Assembly (NCBI GenBank): GCA_973895155.1
Contig: OZ316891.1
Coordinates: 21,773,068-21,837,067, forward strand
Reading direction: 5' to 3'
Source: Marsupella aquatica
Taxonomy: Eukaryota; Plantae; Marchantiophyta
Length of the DNA: 64,000 bases
A program made the position numbers and the translations under genes. Shown here in pieces: positions 48,572 to 63,100 of this stretch; the first letter of the stretch is position 1; every line of letters starts with the position of its first letter. The notes under the pieces were generated by a model. That model ran no database searches. It was not told the origin of the DNA and worked only from the letters and a program-made list of their open reading frames with translations.

Positions 48572-51138
48572 ATGGAAACTGAGATGAATCCAACTGACAT
48601 GGAGAGGTTTTCATCTTTGATTGCTGCTTACTTACATGGAATGAAAGAGAAGGAGATGGAGGAGAACAAGAAGGAGTTGCTTGGTAGGACCACAAAGTAC
48701 TTACACTCGGTTCTTACCAAGCAAGGAGAATTTGATGGGCAGAATATAACCAAGTATCTCAAGGGATACTGGACAGAGGCTACAATTCATAAGATTGATG
48801 TAGAAGTTGCAATCAAGGAGTTTGTATCTTTAGTAGAACCTGAACTCAAGGAAATTGTTACTACCTTGATAGATGGAGCTACTGGAGAGAAGGCATGGAA
48901 AGTCTTTGAGTTAAAAATGAAATAAGAATTTCAGCTTGAAGATCCAGATTGGGTTACTCAAGCATCTTTCCTTGATTGGGTGGCCGATAGAAACAAGAAA
49001 TTGGGACCTCAAGAGCTGATAAGGGAGTTTACAAAGAAGTTCAATCAGCTTCCTGAGATTGGTTCTAAAGTTATCAAGGTACAAAAGGCTACTTTACTTA
49101 TCCGAGCTGCTGATGAGAAGCTTCAAGACAAGTTGGAGCTTGCTCTAGAATTGATGAACCCAAGTCGTGGAGCCAGTCCACCAACTTGGGAGGAGATTGG
49201 AATTGCTGTGCTTAGGATCAGCCAAAAGCATAGAAGAAAGAAGTTGAGTCATGAAGGTGCTCTAGATGCGGTTGCACCTATGACTTCTATGAGGAGAATG
49301 GAGAAAATAGAGTCAACAACTGGTAGGGGTGAGAAAAGCATGGACAAAATGGATGAGTTGTCTGAACTCATAAAAAATCTTACCATTCTTGCCACCCAAG
49401 CCTTCAAGTAGATGGGAGGAGGTGCATCGAGACCAGCACCAAGAGGTGGTCCAGGAGCCGAGAGTTCTATTGGCGGAGCAAGGAGTTGGAATTGTATTTG
49501 GTGTGATAGTAACGAGCACTCAAGGCGTGAATGCGGGAAGCTTTCTATTGCTCTGAGAGAGAGAATAGTCAAGTTCATTGATCATGATGGCATAAGAAAA
49601 CTTGCTTATCATGATTCAGGAGAGCTTATTCCAGTAAATACAAACAAGGGCGGTATGAAGGTGTTGGTGGAGAGAAGAATGACTGAACATCATACTTCAG
49701 CCATTGCAGCAGCTTTTGGAGATCAGGATGAGCATGAAGCAGATGTTTACACCCTCTTTGGGAGTTCTTCATCAATAGAGACAGACAAGAAGAGACTAAC
49801 AGAGTTTGTAAGGAGAAAATCAGGTTGGAGTGATCCAGTGTTGATCTCTTCTTTCACTGCAGAAGTGGGATCTCTATGGGATTCTATGGTGGAGGAGAAA
49901 CGAAAGTCGTCGGAACCTTTGGAAGAACGTGCCAAAAGAAAACAGAAAGTTGAGCCTGGACCCTCTATTTTGCAGCCATCATCAAGAGTCCCAACAAGGA
50001 GAGGAGTGTTCGATTTGAAGATAGAGGAAATACAACAAAGGAGCCTACTTCGACTCCTTCATCCTCAAAGGAGATGGAAGTGGTAAAAAAAGAGAAAGTG
50101 GAAAAGAAAGGACCTGGTTGGGTCCTTGGAAGAGATGTTGAGCAGCACATTGCGTATGATCAAGTTGTTGAGAAGTTTTGGAAAGCGAAGGTGAACGGAG
50201 TCACCAATGAGGAGTTTTTTGCTTGCATGAACTCCAAGGCTCAAGATGCACTACTTGCAAAGGTGAAACGAAAACGATTTTACAAGGAAGGACCTCATGC
50301 CTTGGGAATGGAGGTTTTTTCTGATATTGATGAAGATGGAGAAGGTTCAATTATTTCTCAAGCCAGTTTGGAGTGTGAAGTGTATCAAGTGAATGCGGAG
50401 AAGGTCCCTAGACCACGGATGCTAGGGTCTTCAACAGAGGAAGTTCCTGAACCAAAGATGTCAGGAGTTGAGGTATTGGAGAGATGGAAACCATTGGCGA
50501 AAGCAACAACAAGATTTGCAGTGACCACCCAGGATATGGCAAAAATTAGTCGTGAAGAGGTGCTCAAAGTCTCACAAAGTGTGTGGGTCATGTGTGCTTC
50601 AGCTATGAAGAATCCTGATTCAGGAGATGACAAGGAGTCCATCTTGGAGCCGTTTTGGGCAAGAACTTGCTCAGTTGTGGAGGTAGAGCTTGTAGGAATG
50701 GAGGGCAAAGCTCGAGCATTGATTGACATAGGATCTGAGGTGAATCTAATGTCAAGAAGCATCTATGATCTTGGGCAATGGATGATTGATTGTGATACTC
50801 AATGGTCTGTCAACTCAATCAATCGTTCAAAGAATATGCTTTGGAGAGGATGCCCTGGAGTATCAGTGAAGGTTGGCCATGTGATAGAACCAACTAACAT
50901 CTTTGTGCATGATAGCTTGCCCTATGATCTCATTCTAGGGCAGCCTTACATTACTCAAGCTCGAATGGAGTACAAGGTCCTACCAGATGGCACTCATATG
51001 GCAAAGGTGAGGAGTCGAGATGAATTGCGGGTTATCCAATTTCCTGTAGTGAAACCTGGACATTGGAGGAATCGGAAGGAGTTGAGAGGACCTGAACCCA
51101 AGGAGAGAAATGAGGATTTCCGGAAGGCGTTTCGTTAA
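48572..51138 (+). pseudogene. gag: Gypsy gag + aspartic protease
   Basis: CX2CX4HX4C knuckle; ALIDIGSEVN; stops at 48923 and 49409; 2-bp insertion near 50000 relative to copy B. Confidence 0.85.
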
Positions 51139-54100
51139 GCAATGCGGGAAGGCAGGACGCCATCGCCAATGACCCGCTGGTGACTTGGAATGTGAATAGT
51201 TTGTTGGCAAGCTCATTTGAAGGTGAAAGCTTGCATTGTCGAATTTCTTATGTGAAAGTGTGTGAAGCTACTAAAAAATTCAAAAAGAAAATTGCAAGGA
51301 TTGAAGATACTATGCAAATACATGGATTGCTAGAGGAAAGTGAAGAGATTGAAGGCCTTCTAGATGAAGAAGAAGTAGAAATGTCTTTGAAAGAAATAAT
51401 TGAAGATCTTTCAGAGGGGAAAGCTCATATGGAAATCAATCATGAGCTGTATGGCGAGTTGTCTCAATTTGTTGAGGTCAACACCAAGTACAAAATAGTG
51501 GAGAAGAAAGTGAGACCAACAGCAATTCCTTTGCCTTTGGATGCTAGGGAGATTTTTGAGAAGGCAGGTAAAGAGACCAATCTTAGAGATCGGACTAAGA
51601 TTGGCCATAAATTCACGAAGAAGACCCTTAATCAACTAAGGATTGGTGATGATGAGTTGCTGATAAAAGAAGAGAGAGAGGAGTTTCGGCAAATGATTGG
51701 TGAGCATGGTAAGGCTTTTGCCTTTTGTCCTAAAGAGATGGGATGTGTGGATCCTAGTGTTGTTACTCCTATGGTAATTTTCACTGTTCCACATGTTCCT
51801 TGGGACTTGAAACCCATTCTAGTGCCCAAGGCTTTGTTACCTAAACTTATTGATCTATTGAAGGAGAAGCTTTCCACTAGGATTTTGGAAAGAGCAGATG
51901 CACCTTATTCTAATCATTGGTTTACCATTCGTAAGAAAAATGGTAAACTTAGATTTATTCAGGACATGCAACCACCTAACAAAGTTACTATTCGCAATAC
52001 TGGAATAGGACCTATAGTAGATGAGTTTGCGGAAGAATTTGCTGGTAGAGTCATCTATTCATGTGGTGACCTCTATTCAGGCTATGATCAGTTTCAGTTG
52101 GCTCAGAGTAGTAGAGATATCACCACTATGAGGACACCTTTGGGGCTACTTCGTATGTGTACCTTGCCTCAAGGGGCAACCAACTCGGTGGCTCACATGC
52201 AAAATGCCATGAATAAGGTATTACACCGTTTCATTCCAGAGAAGACACAACCATTCCTTGATGACATGCCAATCAAGGGATGCTTGGAGACAAAGAAAGA
52301 TGAGACTATACGTGAAGATGGCTTGCGACAATTTGTATGGGAGCACATTCAAGATGTGAAAGCAATCTTGAAGAGGTTGATTGAGGTTGGGCTCACTCTT
52401 TCTGGTGAGAAATCTTCATTTGGGCTTCGTGAAGTCCTTATTATAGGACAAATTTGTGGAGTTGATGGGAGGAAGCCAAATGGAGGAAAGGTAGATGCAA
52501 TCAATCAGATGAAAGATTGTAGGACAACTTTGGAGGTGCGAAGGTTCCTTGGTGCTTGCTTGTTCTATAGGATCTGGATTCCTCACTTTGCACATATTGC
52601 TGATCCTTTGTACGGATTATTGAGAAAGAATGTGCACTTTGTTTGGACAGAGGCACATAAGGAGGCTATGCAAAGGTTAAAGGAGGCCTTACTTAGCCCC
52701 CTTGTTTTACGTCCCTTATGCTATGATGGAAGACCCATCATTGTCACTGTAGATTCAAGTCCTGATGCTGCTGGATGGGCGGTAGGGCAGGATGATGAGG
52801 AGGGGAGGAGATTTGCAGCAAGGTTTGGAGCTAAGATCTTTTCAACAAGACAAAGACACTATCCTCAAATCAAGAAAAAGTTGTGAGGAGCAAGGATAGC
52901 CTTATGTCAAGAAAAAGTCTACTTGATTGGAGCACAAGTCATTCTTGAGACTGATTGTTTACCACTTTTAGGGATGATTGCTAACTGTGATACTCCAGAC
53001 ATTGTTATGCTACGTTGGATAGCTTTCATTAGGATGATCAACCTCGAGCTTCGACACATTGCTGGAAAAGATAATCCAGTAGTAGATATGCTTCAAGAGC
53101 CTGCTATGATCAGAATGAAGTGGAGGCAGTTCAAATGATGAATGGAGAGTTTGAGGTCTTAATATTTCAAGATGAGCTCTATTCTGGAGAGTTGCTCTTG
53201 ATTGGAAGGTACCTTAGTACTCTTCAAAGGCCTATTGAAATGATAGAAGAGAAGTTTCAACAATTACGAAAGAAGGCTTACAAGTTCATGCTAAAGGATG
53301 GTGTTTTATGGAGAAGGTCTTTGAAGAAAGGACATGTTCCTTGTAGAGTTCTTGATACAGATGAAGAGAAGAAGAGAGTCTTATGGGATTCTCATGATGC
53401 TGTTGAAGCAGGACATCGAGGAGTTAGAGCTACCTATGAGCGGGTTCAAAGGTGGTACTGGTGGTCAGGCATGTATGTGGATGTAAAATCCTATGTTGGA
53501 TCTTGTGAGAGTTGTCAGTATTACTCTAAAGTTCGATTTAGAGATGGACTTAATCCCACTAGTCCTCTTTCTTTATATTTTCAGTGGGCAGTAGATGTGG
53601 TGCACATGCCATGGGAAATTAGGGGGGCAAAGTACCTTGTCCTTGCAAGAGAAGATTTATCTTCTTATGTTGAAGGAAGGGCTTTGACCTCTAACACTAC
53701 AGAATCAGTATGCAGGTTCATACTTGAAGACGTTATAGCACGTCATGGTTGTTTTGTGCAAATGAGAGCAGATAGAGGAGAGCTGAATTTTGAAGAGGCT
53801 GCAGAATTTTTCGACCGGTTCAACATCAAGCTCAAACTTACTACTGCCTACAACCCAGAAGGAAATGGAAAGATTGAGCGAGGGCATCCACCGATAGTGA
53901 ATGCCTTGGTGAAATCTTGCCGAGGAAAACCATCGCTTTGGCCCAATCTTCTACCATTTGCTCTTTTGGCAGATCGAATGACATGCACTACCACAACAGG
54001 AATTACGCCTGCCAAATTAGTCTCTGGACATTTGCCTTTGATGCCGATTGAGGAAAATGTTCAGAGTTGGAGAATGATTGAATGGCAAGATAGAATCTCC

Positions 54101-54515
54101 CGAGAAAAGTTGTTGGAGCGAAGAATTGAGCACTTTAGCCAGACCAAGGAGAAGATTGAGGAGGTGTTACTAAGGCTAAAGGAGGCTCGTGAGAAGAAAT
54201 AAGGAATGATTTGACAAGACCCATCGTTTGAGACCAATTCCCATCCAGAATGGAGATTGGGTCTTGATCTATGAGGGAAGGTTGGAATAGCAACATTCTA
54301 CTCTGAAGAAGTTTGCACGTCGTTGGAGAGGACCATTTGTGGTGGAGGAGGTTCGTCCTAATGCAACATATGTGGTAAGAGAACTTGATGGAACAATTCA
54401 TCGCAATCCCTATGCAGGGAAGCGAGTAAAATTGTTTAAACAACGAACTCGATTTGTGACAGAGAAAGAGTTTGAACCCGACGACTATGAGGCTTTAGAT
54501 GAAGAAGACATGTAG
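51120..54515 (+). pseudogene. pol: Gypsy pol (RT, RNase H, integrase)
   Basis: DLYSGYDQ, LPQGATNS, FLDD, IIVTVDSS, GHRG...CESC, WAVD/ADRGE/GKIERGH; stops at 52884, 54200 and 54288; frameshift near 53095. Confidence 0.9.
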
Positions 54516-54568
54516 CGATTCTAGGTGTGGTGCATACCGAAGGATGCACAGGTTTGGTAGGGGTGATG

Positions 54569-55457
54569 TGTCGTGATTTTCTCTTAAGTTATAAAAAATT
54601 ATTTATTTTAATATGCTATAGATTATATAAGTAATTTAGTAGTTAGATTATTAAATTTAGACTTTATTAAACTTCTTTAGCTATATTAACGGACTATAGT
54701 AGTTCCACCAATGCATATGAGTAGTTCCACCAACTACAATAATATTCACCAACGCACAGTAGGTCCACCAGCGCATAGTAGTTCTACCAACTACAGTAGT
54801 TTTACCAACGCACAGTAGGTCCACCAACGCATAGTAGTTCCACCAACGCACAGTAGTTCCACCAACTATGAATAGTACTAGCACACTCTTAGGTATTAGA
54901 TGTTTGACACTTGGCCTTCATCCAAGTGCTTGGGCTTGATCCATGCCCTCTTGGTGTGCACTATAAATAAAGTGGTGAGGGGCAATCTCCCCTCATTCCA
55001 CAGTGTTTATCATTCAAGGTTGTGAAGTTTTTTTGTGCCTTGAACATAGTAGTGGGGCGTCCTTTGGCCTGGATAGCAAAGGAATGAGTGGTAGACTTAT
55101 AGATGTGACCTTAGGGAATAAGGTTTTTTTGAGAATATAGAGGTGGGGCGTCCTTTGGCCCGGATAGCAAAGGAATAGGAGAGCCATCATGAATCCAGGA
55201 GAGAGTTATCCCTGATCTTCCCCTTCGTATCCGTTTTTGATTAGAGTCCATCTTTTAGACAAACCATCTATGAGGCAACATCTAACCTATCATTTTGGAG
55301 CTCAGTTTGCAACTACTGTTATGGTTTCTAACGAGCCAATAATATACCCAGTGGTGTCATACCGAGAGGAGTGGGAGTGCATCATCTTTGTCCTTTATTG
55401 AAGTCATGGATCTGAATAGGAGTCCAGATGATATTCTTATTTCATTTTCTCTTGGAG
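54569..55457 (+). repeat. 3' LTR of Gypsy A (truncated by CACTA insertion)
   Basis: TGTCGTGATTTTCTC...TCTTGGAG followed by CACTAG. Confidence 0.9.
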
Positions 55458-56312
55458 CACTAGAAGAATCCGAGGTGAACTGAGACCGCAATATATGACT
55501 CATTTTGGCTCATGTGACTTCATTGTGACTCAACGTGACTTGACCCACGCTGTGACCCTTGGAGTTGCAAAAGTTGAGACCAAAAAATGGAAGTCACTAT
55601 TGATACTGGGCTTTGCAACTTGCTTGATACCCATTTGTGACTGATCTGTGACTTTATTGTGGAGTCTAGCCTTGTTTCGACGTGACTGCAATATGACTTC
55701 AGCGAGTCACATCGTAAGTCACATACATGACTTACCCGCATTCAACAACGACTAGCGTGTGACTATTTAGTGTCACAGGAGAGACCAATGGAGACCCTGG
55801 CCCGCGTCACACAACAGAACCATTTGGGACTCTATATACTCATGTTTATAACTAATAAGGTTCACATGCAAGTTATAACCATGACTAATGAACACAGAGG
55901 GACAGTTCATAAGAAGAGAGAGCACTCGACATTACAATACATAGAAACCTGATGTTCTAACTTTAGAAATATAACACATTGAATACAAGAAATGAACATA
56001 GCATGAATGACATCCACATGAAACAAAGCATCATATAAGCAGATCCTACATAAAACATTCATAAGAATTAAACACAATCACAATCTTGCTAAAAAATGAA
56101 GATCATTTGAATTCCAATGGAATAGTTTACAATGTGATCAATGTAATTTAGACAAAACAGGAACTCATAATTGATGACTGTAGGATGAGATAACTGAAAG
56201 CACATGCATGATACTATGAATCTCCAAGAGGACATGATTCTTGTACTGTTTCTTGACATCTAAAATCTACATAACATGACTCACACTACAAACAAATAAT
56301 GGCATGACATTG

Positions 56313-59300
56313 TTATGGATCCTCTATGAACTTGCTTGGCCATAATACCAAAGAACCTGCAGCATCTCCAAGTGTCTTTTGAGGAGGATCATCATTTGTG
56401 TTTGGAATGGGAAGGACAGCTTTAGGTTTCACTAGTAATGTGACTAACACTACTGAATAACCTGGGGGAATCCTCTTGCCATGGAACGTTGTGGAACCAA
56501 CCTGCACTCTGGCAAATCCTACTCGTGTTCCACTCTCATCAACAGCTAACAAGCCACTTTGTCCCTCAGCATTAGGTGCTTTCCCCACTTCCACCTTAGA
56601 TCTTTCTGCCAGCACTGTTCTTGGAGGTTTGTATGAAACCTTTGACGTGGCTCTGCTCCCACCAGCAGACTTGCTTCGTGTGCGCATGCTTCCTCTCTTC
56701 ACAGTAGTGAAGCTAGGCTCAGTAGGTTCCTCTGTTAGGACTGTCACAGTAGCAGGTTCATCACCTGGGAGTGTCATACCAACTAACTCTTTGGTTGGAT
56801 TTATCTCAACAAGAGGCACACCTGTCATTGAGAATGATACATTCTGCAAATCATTTATCTCTGCAATGGAGTCAAGATCTACATAGCATGAATCTGGCTC
56901 AATGGTATCATTGTCATGCTTGCTGATATCCTCATTTGCCCCAACATTGATATCATCCACTCCCTTGCCAATGTCATCCTCATCCAAACATGGTTGACTG
57001 CCCTCTGTCAAACAAGTTGCTTGTACAGACTGCAACTTTGTTGCCTCTAAATTACAGCGAGTATTTGCCAGGTTCTCATACTTCTTCTCTGTAGCACCTG
57101 TCTTATTCTCTATGGACACAACAACCACAATATATGTTACTGAAAATAACACATTCAACAAACAATGTCAATTCAAACTATACATTTAATAATCATATCC
57201 CACACAGTTGTAAAGGCCTTACCTTCAAGCCTACATGTCGTTGGCATGCCAGAAGAGTGCATCGACTTTGCCACCTCAAGTGGTGATGGTGGAACTCCTG
57301 CAGAATTGGAATCAATTTTATCTCTCACCGACACAACAGCTTCCATTAATGTCTTGAAGTTCACATGGAACAAGTCAGTCAATGAATTCAAACGTTCATT
57401 GATCTCTGGAAGACATGTTTCGACAGCCTTCAAACGACCACTTATCTCTGTAAGTGAAGATCCACCTCCCTACATGACACAGGGGTATAGGTTCAATCAC
57501 TCCATATGAAATGTTGGGCAATATATGCACAATCAATGTTATATACAGTGTACACCTGAAATTCAACGCAGGTCATTCAATTACCAATCAGAACTCATAT
57601 AACTTACATGCTTGGAGGATTCAGATGCACCCTCTTGAGCCCGGGTGTTCACAATTTCAGCCCTCAACTCTTCTTTTGAAGGGCTTTGCCCCAATTGGGC
57701 TTTCTGCACATGCATGGCAAACACAAGTTATCGATCAATATTCAGGGAACGTACACTAAAAAACAAAGTTTACATGTAGGGACAGTACACTAAAAAATAG
57801 TACATAGTGTAGCATAAATTACATAGCTAGGCCATTCATTCTTACCAAACGTTTAGCTGTCGGTGCAGTGCCGGTCCTTCCTGTCAGATTAGGGTTCTGA
57901 ACACTCAACCTGGCCTCGGTCATCTGTGAACTCTTCTTTTTTGAAGCATCTGTTACAAAATAAGCTACTAACCTTGCCCACACTTTATCATCACAACTGG
58001 CTGGTGGAGGCATATCTGGCTTCTCCCCACCTTCCTTCCAAGCCTTATGCATTCTCCACCTCTCTTGCTTGATAATTTTACCTGCTGTACTCTCTAGGCA
58101 ACCTATGTCCACGCCATCATCACTGCCCACATAATTCCATTTGGCAGCAACATTTTCACATACAGTCTTCCAATCTTTTGGATGCTGTTTTTTAAAATTA
58201 ATAACACTCACATCTAACCAACGCAATACTTCAGCTTTCAAATCAGCATGCCATCGGTTCTTGCGAGGACACTCAGCATCCACCCATTGTCTCTCATTCA
58301 ACTTTACGTTCCCTTTCTTTGTCACCTCCCCTCGTGCACTGCTCTCGGTAGTACTGGGCGTTGTATTGGCCACCCCTTCATTCACCCTACCTGGGGTTCT
58401 GAAGCCACCTGGGAAAATACAATGCCATTCATGCTTGAGAACTACATATAGCAGAATGGATGACGGCAACATTCAATGCTTCACTTCAAGAAAAATTCTT
58501 CAAACATACATACCTGTAGCTCTGCCTGTAGATGCCTGTGCAGGGACTGCACTCTGAAATTGTTGCGACCCTGGACCACCTGTCCAGCCTAGTACAGGGG
58601 CCGGATGATGTCACTTTCTAGGTATGTGTGTGCAAACATATGTACTGAAAACTAAGTACAAACTGTAGGAAAACAACTGAACATTCACCGACATACCTGT
58701 CCCCCTTCCGTGCTGCATCTGCATAGGGGCATTAGTGAATACTTGAGTCGATGGTTCGACTGTCCAACCTGCACACATACATTTTCTATCATTATACATG
58801 TGCAGAGTCCCCCCCACGTGAATGGACTCCACATATAATGAGTTCTTCCATTGCTGACAAGATCAGACATTACCTGCTCCTCTTCCAGCGTTTGTAGGTA
58901 CTGAATTTTGATATCCCTGCCAATTACCTTCACCACCTTCCCAACCTTGTTCATTCCACGACCCACCACCATCCTCCCAACCTGGTTCAACCCATGTCTG
59001 TCCTTGTGGACATTGGAACTGATCATTACTAGCATTTGCCCAATCAGGTTGGGCAGAATCTGCATGCAATGGCAGGTGGACAGAATTTCATGTTGTCTGA
59101 ATCCAATACATCCCAAACAATGTCAAAAATTGATATGCAGTCTGAAATTCAGGAGTGCCATGCCTTCACAAAGAACTGGCATATAGATATATACTCACAT
59201 CCCCACGGTTGAGGTGGACGTCCATACCCACGAGATTGTGGGTTTGGACCTGCTCTGCCTCTACCACGGGCATAACCTAGAGCTTGCCCCCTGCCATAGT

Positions 59301-60030
59301 ATTGGGCACCAGCCTGGGATCTACCACTACTACCACCTCGCCAACCTTGATCAGAGGTCAGCCCCCCCTGCTGGTATGGTGCATGCACAGGCTTCGAAGG
59401 CAAAACAGAACTGGCAGGACGCTGCATCACATCACCAACTACAATGTCAGGAACTAAGCAAGGTACATATGTGTAGTACTGAACATATGAAACCTCTAAA
59501 CAAGAGTTTTTAACTCAAAACCTTGTTGGGAAAACTACTTACATGTTTCTTTTGGGGCTGCTCTGCAATGTATTCATCTTCATAACCCCCATCCTCATCC
59601 ATTTCCTCTGGAAAATACTCATCATCTGCATCTTCTTGTCTAGTGTCTGCACCCACCTGTGCAGCATCAATGTCATCTCCACATTCTGCCATTGTAGGTA
59701 CGACCTTCTTGCTCAACCTGTCACTCCGACGCACAGGCCCAGAGATAGTGCTGGTCACCCTTCTTGCGTACTCCTTTTGTTTCTTTGAAAATGCTGTGGC
59801 TCTGCGACATTCCAATATGAGAATACAGTCACAATTTCAGTGCCACATTGAACTATTCATGTCACACAAACTCAGCGGAGGGGTGTAGTTGAGAATCGTT
59901 CCCTTACAATTCAGCCACATCCTTTTCCAGATCCAGTTCTGCGATTTTGGCTTTCACGTATGCTCGTTGTTCCATAGCTTTCCTTTCATACTCACACATC
60001 TCTGTGTCACTCTGTTCCATCCTACTGGAC
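56313..60030 (-). CDS. CACTA TnpA-like multi-exon gene (Transposase_24-like and C-terminal Tnp1/En-Spm-like domain)
   Basis: CDDKVWARLVAYF...SSQMTEAR...TGRTG; VGFARVQ...FHGKRIPPGYSVVLV...TLGDAAGSLVLWP; many short GT-AG exons, exact model uncertain. Confidence 0.7.
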
Positions 60031-60176
60031 CACAAAAACATGTCATCTATGGTCACCCCGTATAACACAATGCAACCACAATCACCAGGCATCCATCCAT
60101 ACATCTGTGTTGCTTCAGAATTACTTTATTACACATCCTTCCCCTCACTAATGTCTATGCAAACAATTCACATTAC

Positions 60177-63100
60177 TCATGGCACAGGCACACTGTTGGC
60201 ATCTGCATCTCTGAATTCGCCTCCTTCAGCAAATGCATCTACCCTTGTCACAGGAATGAAGTCCCCGCTATCATGAACTACAGGCACTTGGTCTGAACGC
60301 CGACGATCAAAGGCACTATGAGAGTGTAAATGAAACTCAAGGTTTGATCCTTCCATCCGGCGTTGCCTGGCCTGTTTATGACACACTACACGCCAACCTG
60401 GGGAGTCTTCCACATCCAGGAAGAAAGCTTGCTCCACCTGACTAGGAAACACAAATGGCTCAGACCATTCGGGCAATTTCCCTCTGAAATTGGCCAGCAA
60501 GAAACCGTCGTTGTCTCTCTTCATGGTAGCCCTGTTACCAAGCCAATCCTGCCGCACCCATGAACCTTTCATAAGAATCACAGGACTGGACACCGCCCCA
60601 TAGTCCAGAGCCCATATGTCAACTAATTCTCCCACATATCCCATCTCCATCCAGGCCCTGTCGTGATTGTGGCTCTGTTGCTCAAATACAGTGATGAGCC
60701 CGCAGTCATTCGTCACCCTGTAGGCACTGTCACCATCCTTCACTCGGAAGTGATTCCCATATGCTCTCATCCGTTTGTAAGTCTTCACTTTCAGGCTAGG
60801 GGCATTAGACAGTAGGTAAACATCTGCATCCATGTCTGGGTGGGTCTCGTGATGCTCTCTAATTGCCACTCTGATCCACTCCATGAAACCTGGAAAAGTT
60901 GTTCCTGCAGTGGGATGGGCCGCCTTCAATGACTCATACTCCCTGAACGAACAACCACACAGCATTAGCTTGGGTAAACATGAACAGGCTGAAGGAGAAA
61001 ACCACACGAACACAACATTTAAGCTCATGAACTGGATTATAGCACATGTATGCACTCACTGTATCCAGGGTTCCATCACCACAGTGTTGTGCAATACAAA
61101 GTCATGTGCCAAGTCTCTCATAGATATGGTCAGGTTCTTTGTGGTTGCAGCCCCTTCCAGTACTTCACCTACCACCCCTTCCTCCTCATCAGAATTCCAC
61201 ACCCTGGTCTTCACATGCTCATATTGTGCTATGTATTCGGTCAGAAATCCCAGAGTCTCATCCTTGATGTAACCTTTAGCCATGCTTGCTTCAGGTTTGT
61301 AATATGTTCTCACGTGACCTTTGAGTAGCTTCATGTACCGTTCCAAAGGGTACAACCAACGAGCACTCACAGGCCCAAATTGGTGTAGCTCTTCCACAAC
61401 ATGGACAAGTAGGTGGGTCATGACATCAAAAAATGCGGGAGGAAAATAAATCTCCAGGTCACACAGCACCTGAGCGACATCTTCTGTCAGTTGTGGGAAG
61501 TGTGTTTCATCCCAAACCTTCACACAAATACGACGAAACACATCACTGAGTCGCATGATCACAGTACGAACAGGCTTCTGCAACAGGCCCCTCAGGCATA
61601 AAGGCAACACCTGTTGCATCAACATATGGTAGTCATGGCTTTTCATACTACCAAGCTTTCTAGTCATGATATGCTTCTTGAAAGCACTGCCATAGTTTGA
61701 AGGAACCTTCAAAGAACTCAACCTCTGCACAAATAGTTCCCACTCTGTGTCTGTCAGAACATAGGGCGCTTGGTACTTCAAGAGCACATCAGCTCTGTGG
61801 GCATGTGGCCTCAACCAAAGATGGGGTTTCATTCCCCTCTGTTCAAGATCCAATCTCACTGAACCAGTGTCTTTCTCTCCACACAAGAATCTGAGTAGAC
61901 TCTCACAAATATTCTTTTCAATGTGCATAACATCAATGTTATGTTTGCTTGGCTCAAACTCCTGCATCGTTGCAATGCAAAAGCGTCAGGAAATGCCTCA
62001 AGTTTAGTCTCTCTCTTCGAAATGAATGCACATGCTCTGAACCAAAACATGTATCCCAATTAGCATCAACTCCAAGAGGCTTACCCTCCAGTACTTGAGC
62101 TCCAAGTCCAATATGCTCAGTCTTTTTACACCATATCGCTTTATTGGATCACTCACTCCATCTTCCCTGCCCCCTCGTTTGATATAGTCATCCCTCAGTG
62201 CTCCCCACTGCCTGATCTCCTCTTTGGTCACTCGTGCCGGGGGTCCACGTTGCTCAATCTCATTGCCAAAGTGTGCAATCAGTGCCTGTCTTTCTCTGTA
62301 AGGGTGATCTGTCTTCAGAAAACGACGATGGCCCATGTATATCACTTTCTGCAGGGCTCTGGAGTACTCACTGGTGACATTGCGCCCACAGATAGTACAA
62401 GCACAATATCCTTTTGTTGTTTGGCCTGATATCATCCCATGGGCTGGGTAGTCAGCTATAGTCAGAATGACAATGGCTCTAAGGATGAATGGGTTTAACC
62501 TCCCAAGCCTCTGTAGGACATCATATGTGAGAACTCCTTCCTCCCAAAGCTTTCTCAATTCCTCCACTAGGGGAGCCAGAAACACATCTATGTTGGCAGA
62601 TACAGCACTGTCTGGCCCTGGTATCAGTAGGACCATCAGAACAAAAAATCGCTTTGTAGTCATCCAAGGAGGAAGGTTATAATTCAAAATAGTTACAGGC
62701 CAGCATGAAAATTTGTTGTTCTTGTCTCCAAATGGGTTTACCCCATCCAATGACAGCCCAAGTCTGACATTCCTCGGCTCAGCAGCAAATTCGGGATACA
62801 TCTCATCTATGAGTTTCCATTGCCTTGAATCTGCAGCATGTCGTTGTAGCCCATCATCACTTTTCTTGTCAGTTGCCCAAGTCATCATCTCCGAGATGGC
62901 ACGGCTTCTGAACATCCGCTGAAGTCTGGGAATGAGTGGAAAATGACGAAGTACCTTGGCGGGAACCATAGACTTTCCTGAGTTCCGATACCTGTGCTTC
63001 CCACACTTAGGGCATGTCAACGATTCTTTATACTCCTTTCTGAAAAGAACATGCCCATCAGGACAGGCATGGATCGAATCATAGTTCAATCCAAGATTAG

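Larger units (their letters stand above)
47287..55457 (+). mobile_element. Ty3/Gypsy element A (LTR-PBS-gag-PR-RT-RH-INT-PPT-LTR), degenerate; 3' LTR interrupted by CACTA
   Basis: Domain order PR-RT-RH-INT; PBS 48430-48445; PPT-like tract ~54551-54566. Confidence 0.95.
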
